Below, piece after piece: positions 8,630 through 17,357 of a stretch of DNA of 64,000 bases. Position numbers and translations under genes: made by a program. Source of the stretch: an uncultured Eubacterium sp. (GTDB lineage: Bacteria > Bacillota > Clostridia > Lachnospirales > Lachnospiraceae); the NCBI GenBank assembly GCA_947384955.1, contig CANDJC010000005.1, positions 2,268 to 66,267 on the forward strand. The letters run 5' to 3'. How positions within the stretch are numbered: position 1 is the first letter of the stretch; each line of letters opens with the position of its first letter. The notes beneath the pieces were generated by a model, which was given only the letters and a program-made list of their open reading frames with translations, was not told the origin of the DNA and ran no database searches.

Positions 8630-10378
8630 ATGAGGAATAAATTTATGAAAAAAGCGGCTGCGGTTATCATAACTGCTGCCGTGGCAGTGTCTGTGCTGCC
8701 GAATACGGGTTTAACAGGAGTATCTGCAAAAGCGTCATATGTCAGGCTGCATACGAGTTTTAAAACACTGAAAGCCGGACAAACGTACAAGCTGAAACTG
8801 AAAAATAATACGCTTGGGTGGAAAATTACAAAGGCGGTATCAAAGGATGACAGGGTCTGCAAGGCCGTAAACAAGAAAACGTATGTAAAGCTGGCTGCAA
8901 AAAAGGAAGGCAGGGTTACTATACGGGTGACGCTGAAAACAGCAAAACGCAAAGGTGCAAATGCTGTGAAAAAGCTGTCCTGCAGGGTGAATGTAAAGCC
9001 TTTAAAAACGGCGGCAAATCCAGATACGCAGGCAGTGCCGGAAGAACAGGCAGTCCGGACAGATATAACAGTGGCTTCTCAGGAGGAACTGGATAAGGCG
9101 CTTTTATGCCGGGAATATAAAAAGATTACGCTGGAGACAAATGCATCCGGGGTATTTACAATTGCATCCGGTACATATACGAATGCAGATTTTATTGTGA
9201 ATGCTCCGAATGCGGACGTGGAGAACCATGCGGTATTCAAATCAGTTACCATTCAGGATATTAAAGAAAACACATGGAAAGAATATGCGAAAGGCAATTT
9301 CATAAAAATTCTGGATGAAAAGGCAGGCTTTGTGGCTGATGCAGCTGCAAGCGTAAAGGAAATTACATATGCCGGGGCGGGTTCTGGTGCAGCACTAAAG
9401 CTGGACATTCACGGAACTGTGGAGCGTATTGCTTTTCAGACAGCTGTAAAAGCAGCCGTTACAATAGCAGAAACAGCATCTGTGTCGGATATCAGATGTC
9501 TGGCGCAGCAGGCAGAAGTAAAGCTGGATGTAAAGGGCACGGCAGGCAGTGTAGTGCTTGAGGCAGGCGCGGCTCTGGAAATTACAGGAAGCCCGAAGGA
9601 AGCAGTTGCAGTTATGGTTTCTGAATCGGCAAAAGGAGCACAGGTAAAGTCTTCTGCAAAGATAGAAATCACATTAAAGGCAGATGCCAGTATCCGGCTG
9701 GAAAAGGGCGCTGAAGGCAGCAGGGCAGAAGTTACGGTTAAGGAGATTACTGTCAGCATTACAAATAAAACAGGTACAGCGGTAGAGTTAAAGCAGCCGG
9801 ATGGAACGGTCAGAAAGATAACCGTCAATGTTACAGTCACTGTAAAAAACGGACAGACGGTTACATCTGGAACGCCTGGAACAGGAAATATGCCATGGAC
9901 AGGCCCGTCTGGCGGCAGTTCATCTGGCGGCAGCAGTATACCTGAAATAGATTTAAGCGGTATTACGACATCTTTAAGCGGAACAGTGATTATTTCTGGC
10001 ACATCAATAAAGCCAGGAGTGCTGATGCATGAAATAGATGGTGAGGTTCATTCATGCGGGGTAGTTACGGAAGGGGCACTGAAGCTGACGATTAAGGGAT
10101 TACCGAAAGGCGTAGAAATTGAAGACATACAAGATGAGAATGAGCTGGAAAACTATGGAATTGAAAATTATTATAAGGCGGGTGATACTTTAGCCGTTCA
10201 TAAAATGTTTCCGGTGCGTATGCATGCTGCATCAGGAAAGGATATAGAAATTTATTTTGATGTGACATTAAATAAAGATAAATGGGTATCTTTGGATGGT
10301 GTCATAACACCATCAGACTGGAGTGTTACGCAGCTGACAAAAGAAGAAGCAGAAGAAATTTTAAATCCGAAAGCGTAA
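8630..10378 (+). CDS. Secreted/surface protein with N-terminal Ig-like domain, beta-rich core and Gly/Ser linker
   Basis: Sec signal peptide (MRNKFMKKAAAVIITAAVAVSVLP...SAKA); Lys-rich Ig-like module (TLKAGQTYKLKL...AKKEGRVTIRV); GGSSSGGSS linker; no sorting signal. Confidence 0.7.
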   Translation: MRNKFMKKAAAVIITAAVAVSVLPNTGLTGVSAKASYVRLHTSFKTLKAGQTYKLKLKNNTLGWKITKAVSKDDRVCKAVNKKTYVKLAAKKEGRVTIRVTLKTAKRKGANAVKKLSCRVNVKPLKTAANPDTQAVPEEQAVRTDITVASQEELDKALLCREYKKITLETNASGVFTIASGTYTNADFIVNAPNADVENHAVFKSVTIQDIKENTWKEYAKGNFIKILDEKAGFVADAAASVKEITYAGAGSGAALKLDIHGTVERIAFQTAVKAAVTIAETASVSDIRCLAQQAEVKLDVKGTAGSVVLEAGAALEITGSPKEAVAVMVSESAKGAQVKSSAKIEITLKADASIRLEKGAEGSRAEVTVKEITVSITNKTGTAVELKQPDGTVRKITVNVTVTVKNGQTVTSGTPGTGNMPWTGPSGGSSSGGSSIPEIDLSGITTSLSGTVIISGTSIKPGVLMHEIDGEVHSCGVVTEGALKLTIKGLPKGVEIEDIQDENELENYGIENYYKAGDTLAVHKMFPVRMHAASGKDIEIYFDVTLNKDKWVSLDGVITPSDWSVTQLTKEEAEEILNPKA

Positions 10379-10448
10379 TAAAGCGATTCCGGCATGTTTT
10401 AAGAAAAAATCAGGTCCTCATCTTTCAGATGGAGAAAAGCATGATATG

Positions 10449-10474
10449 AGAGGGAACCCGGAAGGGTTCCCTCT
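10449..10474 (+). terminator. GC-rich hairpin after the surface-protein gene
   Basis: AGAGGGAACCC-GGAA-GGGTTCCCTCT; U-tract is weak. Confidence 0.55.
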
Positions 10475-10818
10475 TCCTGTGTCCGGCTGAAAGTAAAAGA
10501 CTTATGGAAGGAGGATGCACCGTGCTCCAGGGAAGCCATGCAGTTATTCAGAAAAAGATGTGGAAGCATTACGAAAAACTTTGTAAGTATAAAAGCATCA
10601 TGTAAGATGTGAGTTCCAGTTTATCAAGCATATTTTTGCAGCTCTTATGGCGGGAGAGGTAATCGACAATCAGCAGCATGTTATTTCACAATGTTTAATG
10701 TGCTTCCGTCCTTTACCCTTGCTGCATGAGTTCCATCCCGCGGATGGTGATTGGCGTTTTAGCGGTGGTTGAATGAAAGCCGTGTTCATGTTATATTATT
10801 AACCGAGAGGTGATGACA

Positions 10819-10939
10819 ATGGCAAAAAGTAATGCAACATGCTGCAAGAGGCGGGAGTGTAAATGGTTTTTTAAAGCAGGCAGTGGCAGAAGCTATTGAA
10901 CGTAACAACTCTGAAGCAACAGCGAGTAAGGAGGGCTGA
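10819..10939 (+). pseudogene. Probable frameshifted/deleted ribbon-helix-helix (Arc/HicB-like) gene
   Basis: RBS GAGGTG + ATG MAKSNAT, then in another frame AARGGSVNGFLKQAVAEAIERNNSEATASKEG*, resembling RHH helix B (SVN.FI..A..E..ER). Confidence 0.4.
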
Positions 10940-10942
10940 TTT

Positions 10943-11518
10943 ATGGCATTACCAGCGGAAAAGGCACGGTACTCATTTGCCGACTGCCTCACATGGGATG
11001 AGGATGAACTTATAGAAATTATTGATGGTAAGGCATTTATGATGGCAACGCCGTCGAGAATCCATCAGAAGATTAGCGGCGAGTTATTCCGCCAGCTTGC
11101 AAATTATCTTGAGGGTAAAAAATGCGAGGTTTACTCTGCCCCGTTCGGCGTCCGGCTGTTTGAGCAGGATGGGGACAGACCGGAGGACGTTGACACTGTA
11201 GTTGAGCCGGATATCTCCGTGGTATGTGACCGGAGCAAGCTGGATAAGCACGGCTGCAAAGGAGCGCCGGACCTGATTGTTGAAATTCTGTCCCCGTCCT
11301 CCCTCCGCCATGACCGGCTTGTGAAGTTAAACCTATACCAGCGGGCCGGGGTGCGGGAATACTGGATTGTGGATCTGGAGAACAGGTCTGTGATGGTGTT
11401 TCTCCCGGATCGTGACGGTTCTTTCAGGCTCCATGAGGACTACGGACGGGAAGATGTGGCGAAGGTCAGCACGCTTGATGGGTGTTTTATTGAATTAAAC
11501 AAAGTGTTTTCTGAATAA
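10943..11518 (+). CDS. Uma2-family (DUF820) PD-(D/E)XK endonuclease-like protein
   Basis: EIIDG, TPSRIHQ, VVEPDISV, PDLIVEILSPSS, KLNLYQRAGVREYWIVD. Confidence 0.92.
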   Translation: MALPAEKARYSFADCLTWDEDELIEIIDGKAFMMATPSRIHQKISGELFRQLANYLEGKKCEVYSAPFGVRLFEQDGDRPEDVDTVVEPDISVVCDRSKLDKHGCKGAPDLIVEILSPSSLRHDRLVKLNLYQRAGVREYWIVDLENRSVMVFLPDRDGSFRLHEDYGREDVAKVSTLDGCFIELNKVFSE

Positions 11519-11576
11519 GGAACTTAGGAACTGTCAAGAAATAACTTGCGATATTGCTTGTCGGACAGTTCCTTAG

Positions 11577-11609
11577 AGCGGGCGGGGTTAATTCCTGCCC
11601 GCTTTTTTT
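11577..11609. terminator. Terminator between convergent Uma2 and AraC genes
   Basis: AGCGGGCGGG...CCTGCCCGCT stem + T7. Confidence 0.75.
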
Positions 11610-11626
11610 ATTTATGTTACGGTGTA

Positions 11627-12532
11627 CTAGTCGCTGCATGCCGCTGCCTGATTCATTTCCCGGAGCTTTGTCCGGTATGTCACAGGCGTCATGCCATAGA
11701 GTTTGCGAAAAGCTTTAAGAAAGCTGCTGTAGTCTGAAAATCCGCTTTCTGTGCAGGCTTCCAGTATAGAGCGGCCTCTGGCGATGGCCTGGCAGCAGTG
11801 CTGCATGCGCAGGTCTGTGATGTAGCTGTGGATGCTTTCGGCTGTATATGCCTTGAATGTGCGGGAAAGATGTCCGCGGCTGGTATAGGTATAGCTCATC
11901 AGCTTTGCCACATTCAGCTTCGGGTCGGTGTAGTTTTCCTGAATATACTGTACAGCCCGCTCTACAAGAGCGCTGGTGGCTGCGGGGGTGTAGACATTTC
12001 CTTTTTTGGCAATCTGGCATATAATCAGAAGGAACTCACTCAGATTGCTTGCAAAAGCGGCCGTCCGGTATTCTTCATCCAGTCCGGCATTCAGGTTCAT
12101 CCGTTCGAACAGTCCGCGTATTTCCCAGGCTTTTACGGCATTTGCGTTAAATAACGTGACGCTGCGGTTCCAGTCCGCATGTTCCAGTCCCAGCCGTCTG
12201 ACCGTGGCTTTCCAGAATTCTGAATCAATCTGTATGACAATCCGCTCTGAAAACTGGCAGCTGCAGTCATATTTTGCGGCGTGGTACAGCTCGCTTGGAA
12301 ACAGGATGATTTCACCCGGCCTGAGCTGGTACAGGTCTCCGTCGGCAGAATACGTGACATCCGGGCCGCTTATGCACAGAACCGCTTCGTAGTAAGGATG
12401 GGAATGCACGATAGAGCGGGTATTCTCATGATTGGTAAACCAGGTAACCGTGATGCTGTTTTTTTCCAGACGCTTGCGGGCGTATTCCTGAGTCAGTATA
12501 AAATCGGTATAATGTTCTATTTTTCGAATCAT
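11627..12532 (-). CDS. AraC-family regulator (cupin sensor + HTH)
   Basis: HSHPYYE cupin motif; C-terminal ILEACTESGFSDYSSFLKAFRKLYGMTP; divergent from the sugar operon. Confidence 0.92.
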   Translation of the reverse strand: MIRKIEHYTDFILTQEYARKRLEKNSITVTWFTNHENTRSIVHSHPYYEAVLCISGPDVTYSADGDLYQLRPGEIILFPSELYHAAKYDCSCQFSERIVIQIDSEFWKATVRRLGLEHADWNRSVTLFNANAVKAWEIRGLFERMNLNAGLDEEYRTAAFASNLSEFLLIICQIAKKGNVYTPAATSALVERAVQYIQENYTDPKLNVAKLMSYTYTSRGHLSRTFKAYTAESIHSYITDLRMQHCCQAIARGRSILEACTESGFSDYSSFLKAFRKLYGMTPVTYRTKLREMNQAAACSD

Positions 12533-13002
12533 AAATATAGTCCCTTCTGACAGCTTTTCATCTTCCGTCTGTAGTATTCCTGGATTCTGTTTTTTCCGGT
12601 TTTATCTTGTACAGGATATCTGGCAGGTAATTTTATATAAATTATCTGCTGATTGTTAAAATTATATCAGAATAAGCACATTTTGCAATATTTTTAGAAC
12701 AAATAGACAAGAAAAAAATTATTATTAAGATTAAAATATATCTAAATGATGCAGATAAGACATAATTAACAAAAAATAAGAGTGAAATTTGTCTATAATG
12801 CACATTGATTACCCCTGTATGCGGAATAAATCGACCATGCAAGATGTGATATCCAGGGAATCATGAAAAACGGTTATCTGCCGGAAGCATCGAATGAAAA
12901 GGCGGTTTCCTGTCAGGGCCGGTGTAAAAAGAGGGCAGTTATCCGGCAGAAACTTAAGAGGCCTGGCATGCATGCCGGGAAACTGGGAAGGAGGTGGAGA
13001 AG

Positions 13003-13572
13003 ATGTACAAGAATCATGCAGGTTATCATGCTGAAATGGTATTCGATGATGATTCTATCCGCAGGATGTTTCGTACGGAGTATAGGTGTTATGAGCGCAT
13101 GCACTGGCTGAGCCGTATCTGTATCAGCGGCATTCTGATTCTGCTGGCGCTGTTTACAGATATTCCGATGGCGGCGAAGGCGGTCTGTATGCTGGCGGGC
13201 TGCTGGATGACAGCGGGCCGGGATTTTCACAGCCAGCTGCAGGCGGAGCGGGTTCTGGCAGGCCGGAGAGGGATGACCAGTACCGTGACTTACAGATTTA
13301 ACGGCGCCGGGATTTACGGGGACGGCAGGAAGCTTTTCGGGTACGGGGAAGTGGACAGGCTGGCTGAGGATGAAGCGTACTTTTACATTTTCAAAGACAG
13401 GCAGAATGCGGTCATGCTTCCGAAGGATGCTGTGAAGCCTGACGGGTTCCGTAAGTTTCTGGAATCCAAAACGGGCAGAGCATGGCGCGAAAATACAGGG
13501 CTGCTTTTTATGAATCGAAAAGTCCTGGCGGAACTGATTCAGGACAAGGCAGCCCGCTGGACTGGCAGATGA
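13003..13572 (+). CDS. YcxB-like membrane protein
   Basis: Two TM helices, then YRFNGAGI...YGEVDRLAEDEAYFYIFKDRQNAVMLPK; RBS GGAGG before ATG 13003. Confidence 0.7.
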   Translation: MYKNHAGYHAEMVFDDDSIRRMFRTEYRCYERMHWLSRICISGILILLALFTDIPMAAKAVCMLAGCWMTAGRDFHSQLQAERVLAGRRGMTSTVTYRFNGAGIYGDGRKLFGYGEVDRLAEDEAYFYIFKDRQNAVMLPKDAVKPDGFRKFLESKTGRAWRENTGLLFMNRKVLAELIQDKAARWTGR

Positions 13573-13615
13573 AGAAGCACAGGGGAGCAGAACAGAAAAG
13601 AAGGAGGGAGTACAG

Positions 13616-14425
13616 ATGTTTTTAAACTGTCATTATTTCAGTCCGGTATTACAGCATAATACGGAAATTAATGTCATCATTCCGACTCCGGAAGGAAATG
13701 AACAGATTACGGCCCAGGGCACAGAGAAGCGTTATGACTATGAGAAGGGCCTGCCAGTTGTGTATCTTCTGCACGGTGCTTACGGGGACTGCAGCAGCTG
13801 GATAAGGTTCAGCAATATCGAGCGGTATGCACAGGCACATAATATTGTGGCGGTCATGGCATCCGTGGAAAACAGTGTTTACCAGGATATGGTACATGGA
13901 AATGCATATTTTACTTACATTGCGCAGGAAGTGCCGGATTATGTCAAAGCCCTGTTTCCGGTTTCACGCAGAAGGGAAGATACGTTTATTGCAGGATTTT
14001 CCATGGGAGGCTATGGGGCATGGTATGTGGGGCTGACCTATCCGGAGAGGTATGCGAAAATAGCGGGGATGTCAGCAGCCATGGATATCGCGTCCCTGGC
14101 GGAGCAGTGCGGGGACGGGCGGATAGAAGGGCCGTTTCCATGGAAGGATGCATTTGCAGACCCGCAGCATCTGGCGGGGACGGACAAAGACCTGTTCGAG
14201 CTTTATAAAAGGTGTGTAGAAAAAGGACAGGTGCCGGAGTTATACCAGGCATGCGGAACCGAAGATTTCTTATATCAGATGAACGTGGAAGCCAGGGAAC
14301 GCCTGGCCGGGATGGGTGCAGAAATTACGTATTCCGAGACACCCGGTGCGATGCATAACTGGGATTACTGGAATGAGGAAATCTGTAAAATACTTGACTG
14401 GATGACTGGGATTGTTTTGCTGTAA
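13616..14425 (+). CDS. Alpha/beta-hydrolase esterase (CE1/tributyrin-esterase-like), cytoplasmic
   Basis: VVYLLHG, nucleophile GFSMGG, CGTED, catalytic His in HNWDYW. Confidence 0.88.
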   Translation: MFLNCHYFSPVLQHNTEINVIIPTPEGNEQITAQGTEKRYDYEKGLPVVYLLHGAYGDCSSWIRFSNIERYAQAHNIVAVMASVENSVYQDMVHGNAYFTYIAQEVPDYVKALFPVSRRREDTFIAGFSMGGYGAWYVGLTYPERYAKIAGMSAAMDIASLAEQCGDGRIEGPFPWKDAFADPQHLAGTDKDLFELYKRCVEKGQVPELYQACGTEDFLYQMNVEARERLAGMGAEITYSETPGAMHNWDYWNEEICKILDWMTGIVLL

Positions 14426-14454
14426 CATCAGGCAGTGAAATTGGAGGAGAGAAT

Positions 14455-15477
14455 ATGAAATTATGGAAGAAAACGTGCATCATGGCTGTTGCAGGGGCAA
14501 TGGCGCTTCTGATAACGGCCTGCGGCTCAAAAGAGCTGGACGAATCGGAAATCGGAGCAGGCTTATCCGGCGTGACACTGCGGTTAAGCCACGGGCTTTC
14601 CAAGGAACATCCGATTCAGGCAGCCATGGAGCAGTTCGCGGAAGAAGTTTACGATAATACGAACGGAGAGATTACCGTTAAGATTTATCCGAATGCAACG
14701 CTTGGAAGCGAGAAGGATAATCTGGAACAGCTGCCAATCGGCGCGCTGGATATCGCAAAGGTTTCGGCTTCGGCGCTGGAATCTTTTTCACCGGTATACC
14801 AGGCATTTTCGGTTCCGTATATTTTTAACAGCGAGGAACATTTTTATGGATTTATGGACAGTGAGGAGGCGGAGGAGCTTTATATGTCTACCGCAGACCA
14901 GGGGTATATTGCGCTGACCTGGTTTGATTCCGGGGCGCGCTCGTTTTATACCGTAGACACTCCGATTAATACGCCTGCAGACTTAAAAGGGCTGAAAATC
15001 CGTACGATGGATTCTCCGATGGCGTTTGAAATGATGGAATGCTTTGGCGGTTCTGCAACGACAATGTCCATCAGTGATGTGTTTACCGGAATGCAGTCGG
15101 GTGTCATTGACGGTGCGGAAAATAATGAGACAGCCCTGACGACGGGCGGACACGGGGAAGTGGCAAAATGCTACAGCTATGATACGCATACCAGGATTCC
15201 GGACATTCTGCTGCTGCGTGCGGTTACCTGGCAGAAAATGTCCGAAGAGCAGAAAGAGATTGTAAAGACAGCAGCCGACAATGCGAAGGAAACCTACAAG
15301 GCGGCATGGCAGGCGGCAATTCAGCAGTCTGTGGAGGATGCGAAGGAAATGGGCGTAGTATTTAACGAGCCGGACCTGGCGCCATTTCAGGAGGCCGTAC
15401 AGCCGATTTATGAGCGCCTTGCTTCGGAATCCCCGGAAATATGGGAAGTCTGTGAGAAAATCCGGAATTTTGAATAA
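14455..15477 (+). CDS. dctP: TRAP transporter substrate-binding lipoprotein
   Basis: Lipobox LITA-C; IYPNATLG, GARSFY, DLKGLKIR, MQSGVIDGAENN. Confidence 0.93.
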   Translation: MKLWKKTCIMAVAGAMALLITACGSKELDESEIGAGLSGVTLRLSHGLSKEHPIQAAMEQFAEEVYDNTNGEITVKIYPNATLGSEKDNLEQLPIGALDIAKVSASALESFSPVYQAFSVPYIFNSEEHFYGFMDSEEAEELYMSTADQGYIALTWFDSGARSFYTVDTPINTPADLKGLKIRTMDSPMAFEMMECFGGSATTMSISDVFTGMQSGVIDGAENNETALTTGGHGEVAKCYSYDTHTRIPDILLLRAVTWQKMSEEQKEIVKTAADNAKETYKAAWQAAIQQSVEDAKEMGVVFNEPDLAPFQEAVQPIYERLASESPEIWEVCEKIRNFE

Positions 15478-15498
15478 TGGAAAAAGGAGGGGATTGGA

Positions 15499-15987
15499 TT
15501 GAAAAAACTGGAAAAAGCACTGGATGTGGCAATGAGTGCGATTACATCTGCCGTTATGCTGGTTCTGCTCATATTCGGTACATGGCAGATTTTTACGAGA
15601 TGGATTCTGAATGACCCGTCGACGTTTACGGAGGAACTGCTGCGCTACCTGTTAATCTGGGCCGGCATGATTGGCGCTGCGTACTGTTTCTTCCACGATA
15701 AGCATGTAAAGCTGACGATTCTGACATCGCGTCTTGGCGGGACATCGCTGAAAGTGCTGAATGTCGTGGATGATATTATCGTGCTGATTTTTGTTGTATA
15801 TGTGTACATTTATGGCGGCGTGCAGATGGCAGCGTCAAATACGGAGCAGCTGACGGCGGTTATGCGGATTCCGATGAGCCTGATTTACGGATGCCTTCCG
15901 GCTTCGGGAATCTTTGTTGTGCTTGCCAAAATACTGAGATATGTTTCCATGTTTACGGAAAACGGGAATGAGAAAGGGGGAGAGTGA
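15499..15987 (+). CDS. dctQ: TRAP transporter small permease
   Basis: QIFTRWILNDPSTFTEELLRYLLIW; 4 TM helices; operon position. Confidence 0.92.
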   Translation: MKKLEKALDVAMSAITSAVMLVLLIFGTWQIFTRWILNDPSTFTEELLRYLLIWAGMIGAAYCFFHDKHVKLTILTSRLGGTSLKVLNVVDDIIVLIFVVYVYIYGGVQMAASNTEQLTAVMRIPMSLIYGCLPASGIFVVLAKILRYVSMFTENGNEKGGE

Positions 15988-15989
15988 CA

Positions 15990-17294
15990 ATGACAGTTGT
16001 ACAGGCTGCGTTGATATTATTTTTGATTTTTTTCGGCCTGATGTTTATCGGGGTTCCGATTTCGGTAAGTATCGGCTGTTCTTCGATTGTTGTACTTCTG
16101 CTCAGCGGTTTTGAGACAGATGTGCTGGCCCATGTGGTGGCGCAGAGATGCTTTAAGGGAATAGACTCGTTTGCACTGCTTGCACTGCCTTTCTTTATGC
16201 TGGCAGGAAGCATTATGAATAAAGGCGGCATTGCGAGACGCCTGGTACGCCTGGCGCGGTTTTTCGTAGGAAAGATTCCGGGTTACCTGGCAGCGACCAA
16301 CGTGCTGACAAATATGTTTTTCGGGGCAATTTCGGGTTCTTCGGTTGCGGCTGCTTCCGCAGTCGGCAAAATCATGGGCCCTCTGGAAAAGGAAGAAGGC
16401 TATGAAGACGCTTTTTCCGCGGCAGTTAATATCTGCTCGGCGCCGACAGGCGTGATTATCCCGCCGTCCGGGCCGCTGATTCTCTATTCGATTACGGCTG
16501 GCAGTGTTTCGGTCAGCGCGCTGTTTATGGCTGGATATATTCCGGGCGTGCTGCTGGGGCTGTGCGTTATGGCGGTTGCTATTTTCCTTGCAAAGAAAAA
16601 AGGGTATACTGGTTCTACGGTAAAAGAAACCGATTCACTGGGCCGGGTGCTGATAGATGCGGTTCCGAGTATTTTTATGATGATTATTGTTATGGGCGGA
16701 ATCCTGCTTGGATGGTTTACTGCAACAGAAGCCGGAATCGTGGCCTGCCTGTACTGCATGGTACTGGGATTTGCTTATAAGGAGCTGGACGGAAAGCAGC
16801 TTTGGAAGCTGATGAGCGAGTGTATGATGGACACGGCTGTTATCCTGTTTCTGATTGCGGCATCAAATATTATGTCGTATGCAATGAGTATTTCGGAGAT
16901 TCCGGCAGCACTGAGCAGCATGCTGATGGGAATTACCGATAATAAATATATTCTGCTGCTGATTATGAATGTATTTCTGCTTGTGCTGGGCATGTTTTTG
17001 GATTTAACGCCTGCGGTGCTGATTTTTACGCCGATTTTTCTGCCGATTGCGACGGGATTCGGTATGAGTCCGGTGCATTTCGGGGTAATGCTCATTCTCA
17101 ATCTGGCAATCGGTTCCGTGACGCCTCCGGTCGGTTCGGTGCTGTTTGTCGGCTGTAATGTAGGCGGGGTTACCGTAGAGCAGGTAACGAAATATATCGT
17201 TCCGATTTTTATTTCCATGGTAGCGGCGCTGCTGCTGGTTGTCTATATTCCGGCATTATCCCTGTTTATTCCGCAGCTGTGCGGGCTGGTTTAA
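15990..17294 (+). CDS. dctM: TRAP transporter large permease
   Basis: ALPFFMLAGSIM, FFGAISGSSVA, IIPPS, TATEA, TPPVG motifs. Confidence 0.93.
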   Translation: MTVVQAALILFLIFFGLMFIGVPISVSIGCSSIVVLLLSGFETDVLAHVVAQRCFKGIDSFALLALPFFMLAGSIMNKGGIARRLVRLARFFVGKIPGYLAATNVLTNMFFGAISGSSVAAASAVGKIMGPLEKEEGYEDAFSAAVNICSAPTGVIIPPSGPLILYSITAGSVSVSALFMAGYIPGVLLGLCVMAVAIFLAKKKGYTGSTVKETDSLGRVLIDAVPSIFMMIIVMGGILLGWFTATEAGIVACLYCMVLGFAYKELDGKQLWKLMSECMMDTAVILFLIAASNIMSYAMSISEIPAALSSMLMGITDNKYILLLIMNVFLLVLGMFLDLTPAVLIFTPIFLPIATGFGMSPVHFGVMLILNLAIGSVTPPVGSVLFVGCNVGGVTVEQVTKYIVPIFISMVAALLLVVYIPALSLFIPQLCGLV

Positions 17295-17357
17295 CAGGGC
17301 AGCTGCCTTGATGGAGCATTACCAGGCATATTTTTGATGAAAGAAGGAGGAATATTT

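Noticed and set aside
10514-10604. Short ORFs after an AGGAGG, one frame reading YSEKDVEALRK like a MerR fragment
   Set aside because: Under 30 codons, ambiguous start spacing, and too little signal to call.
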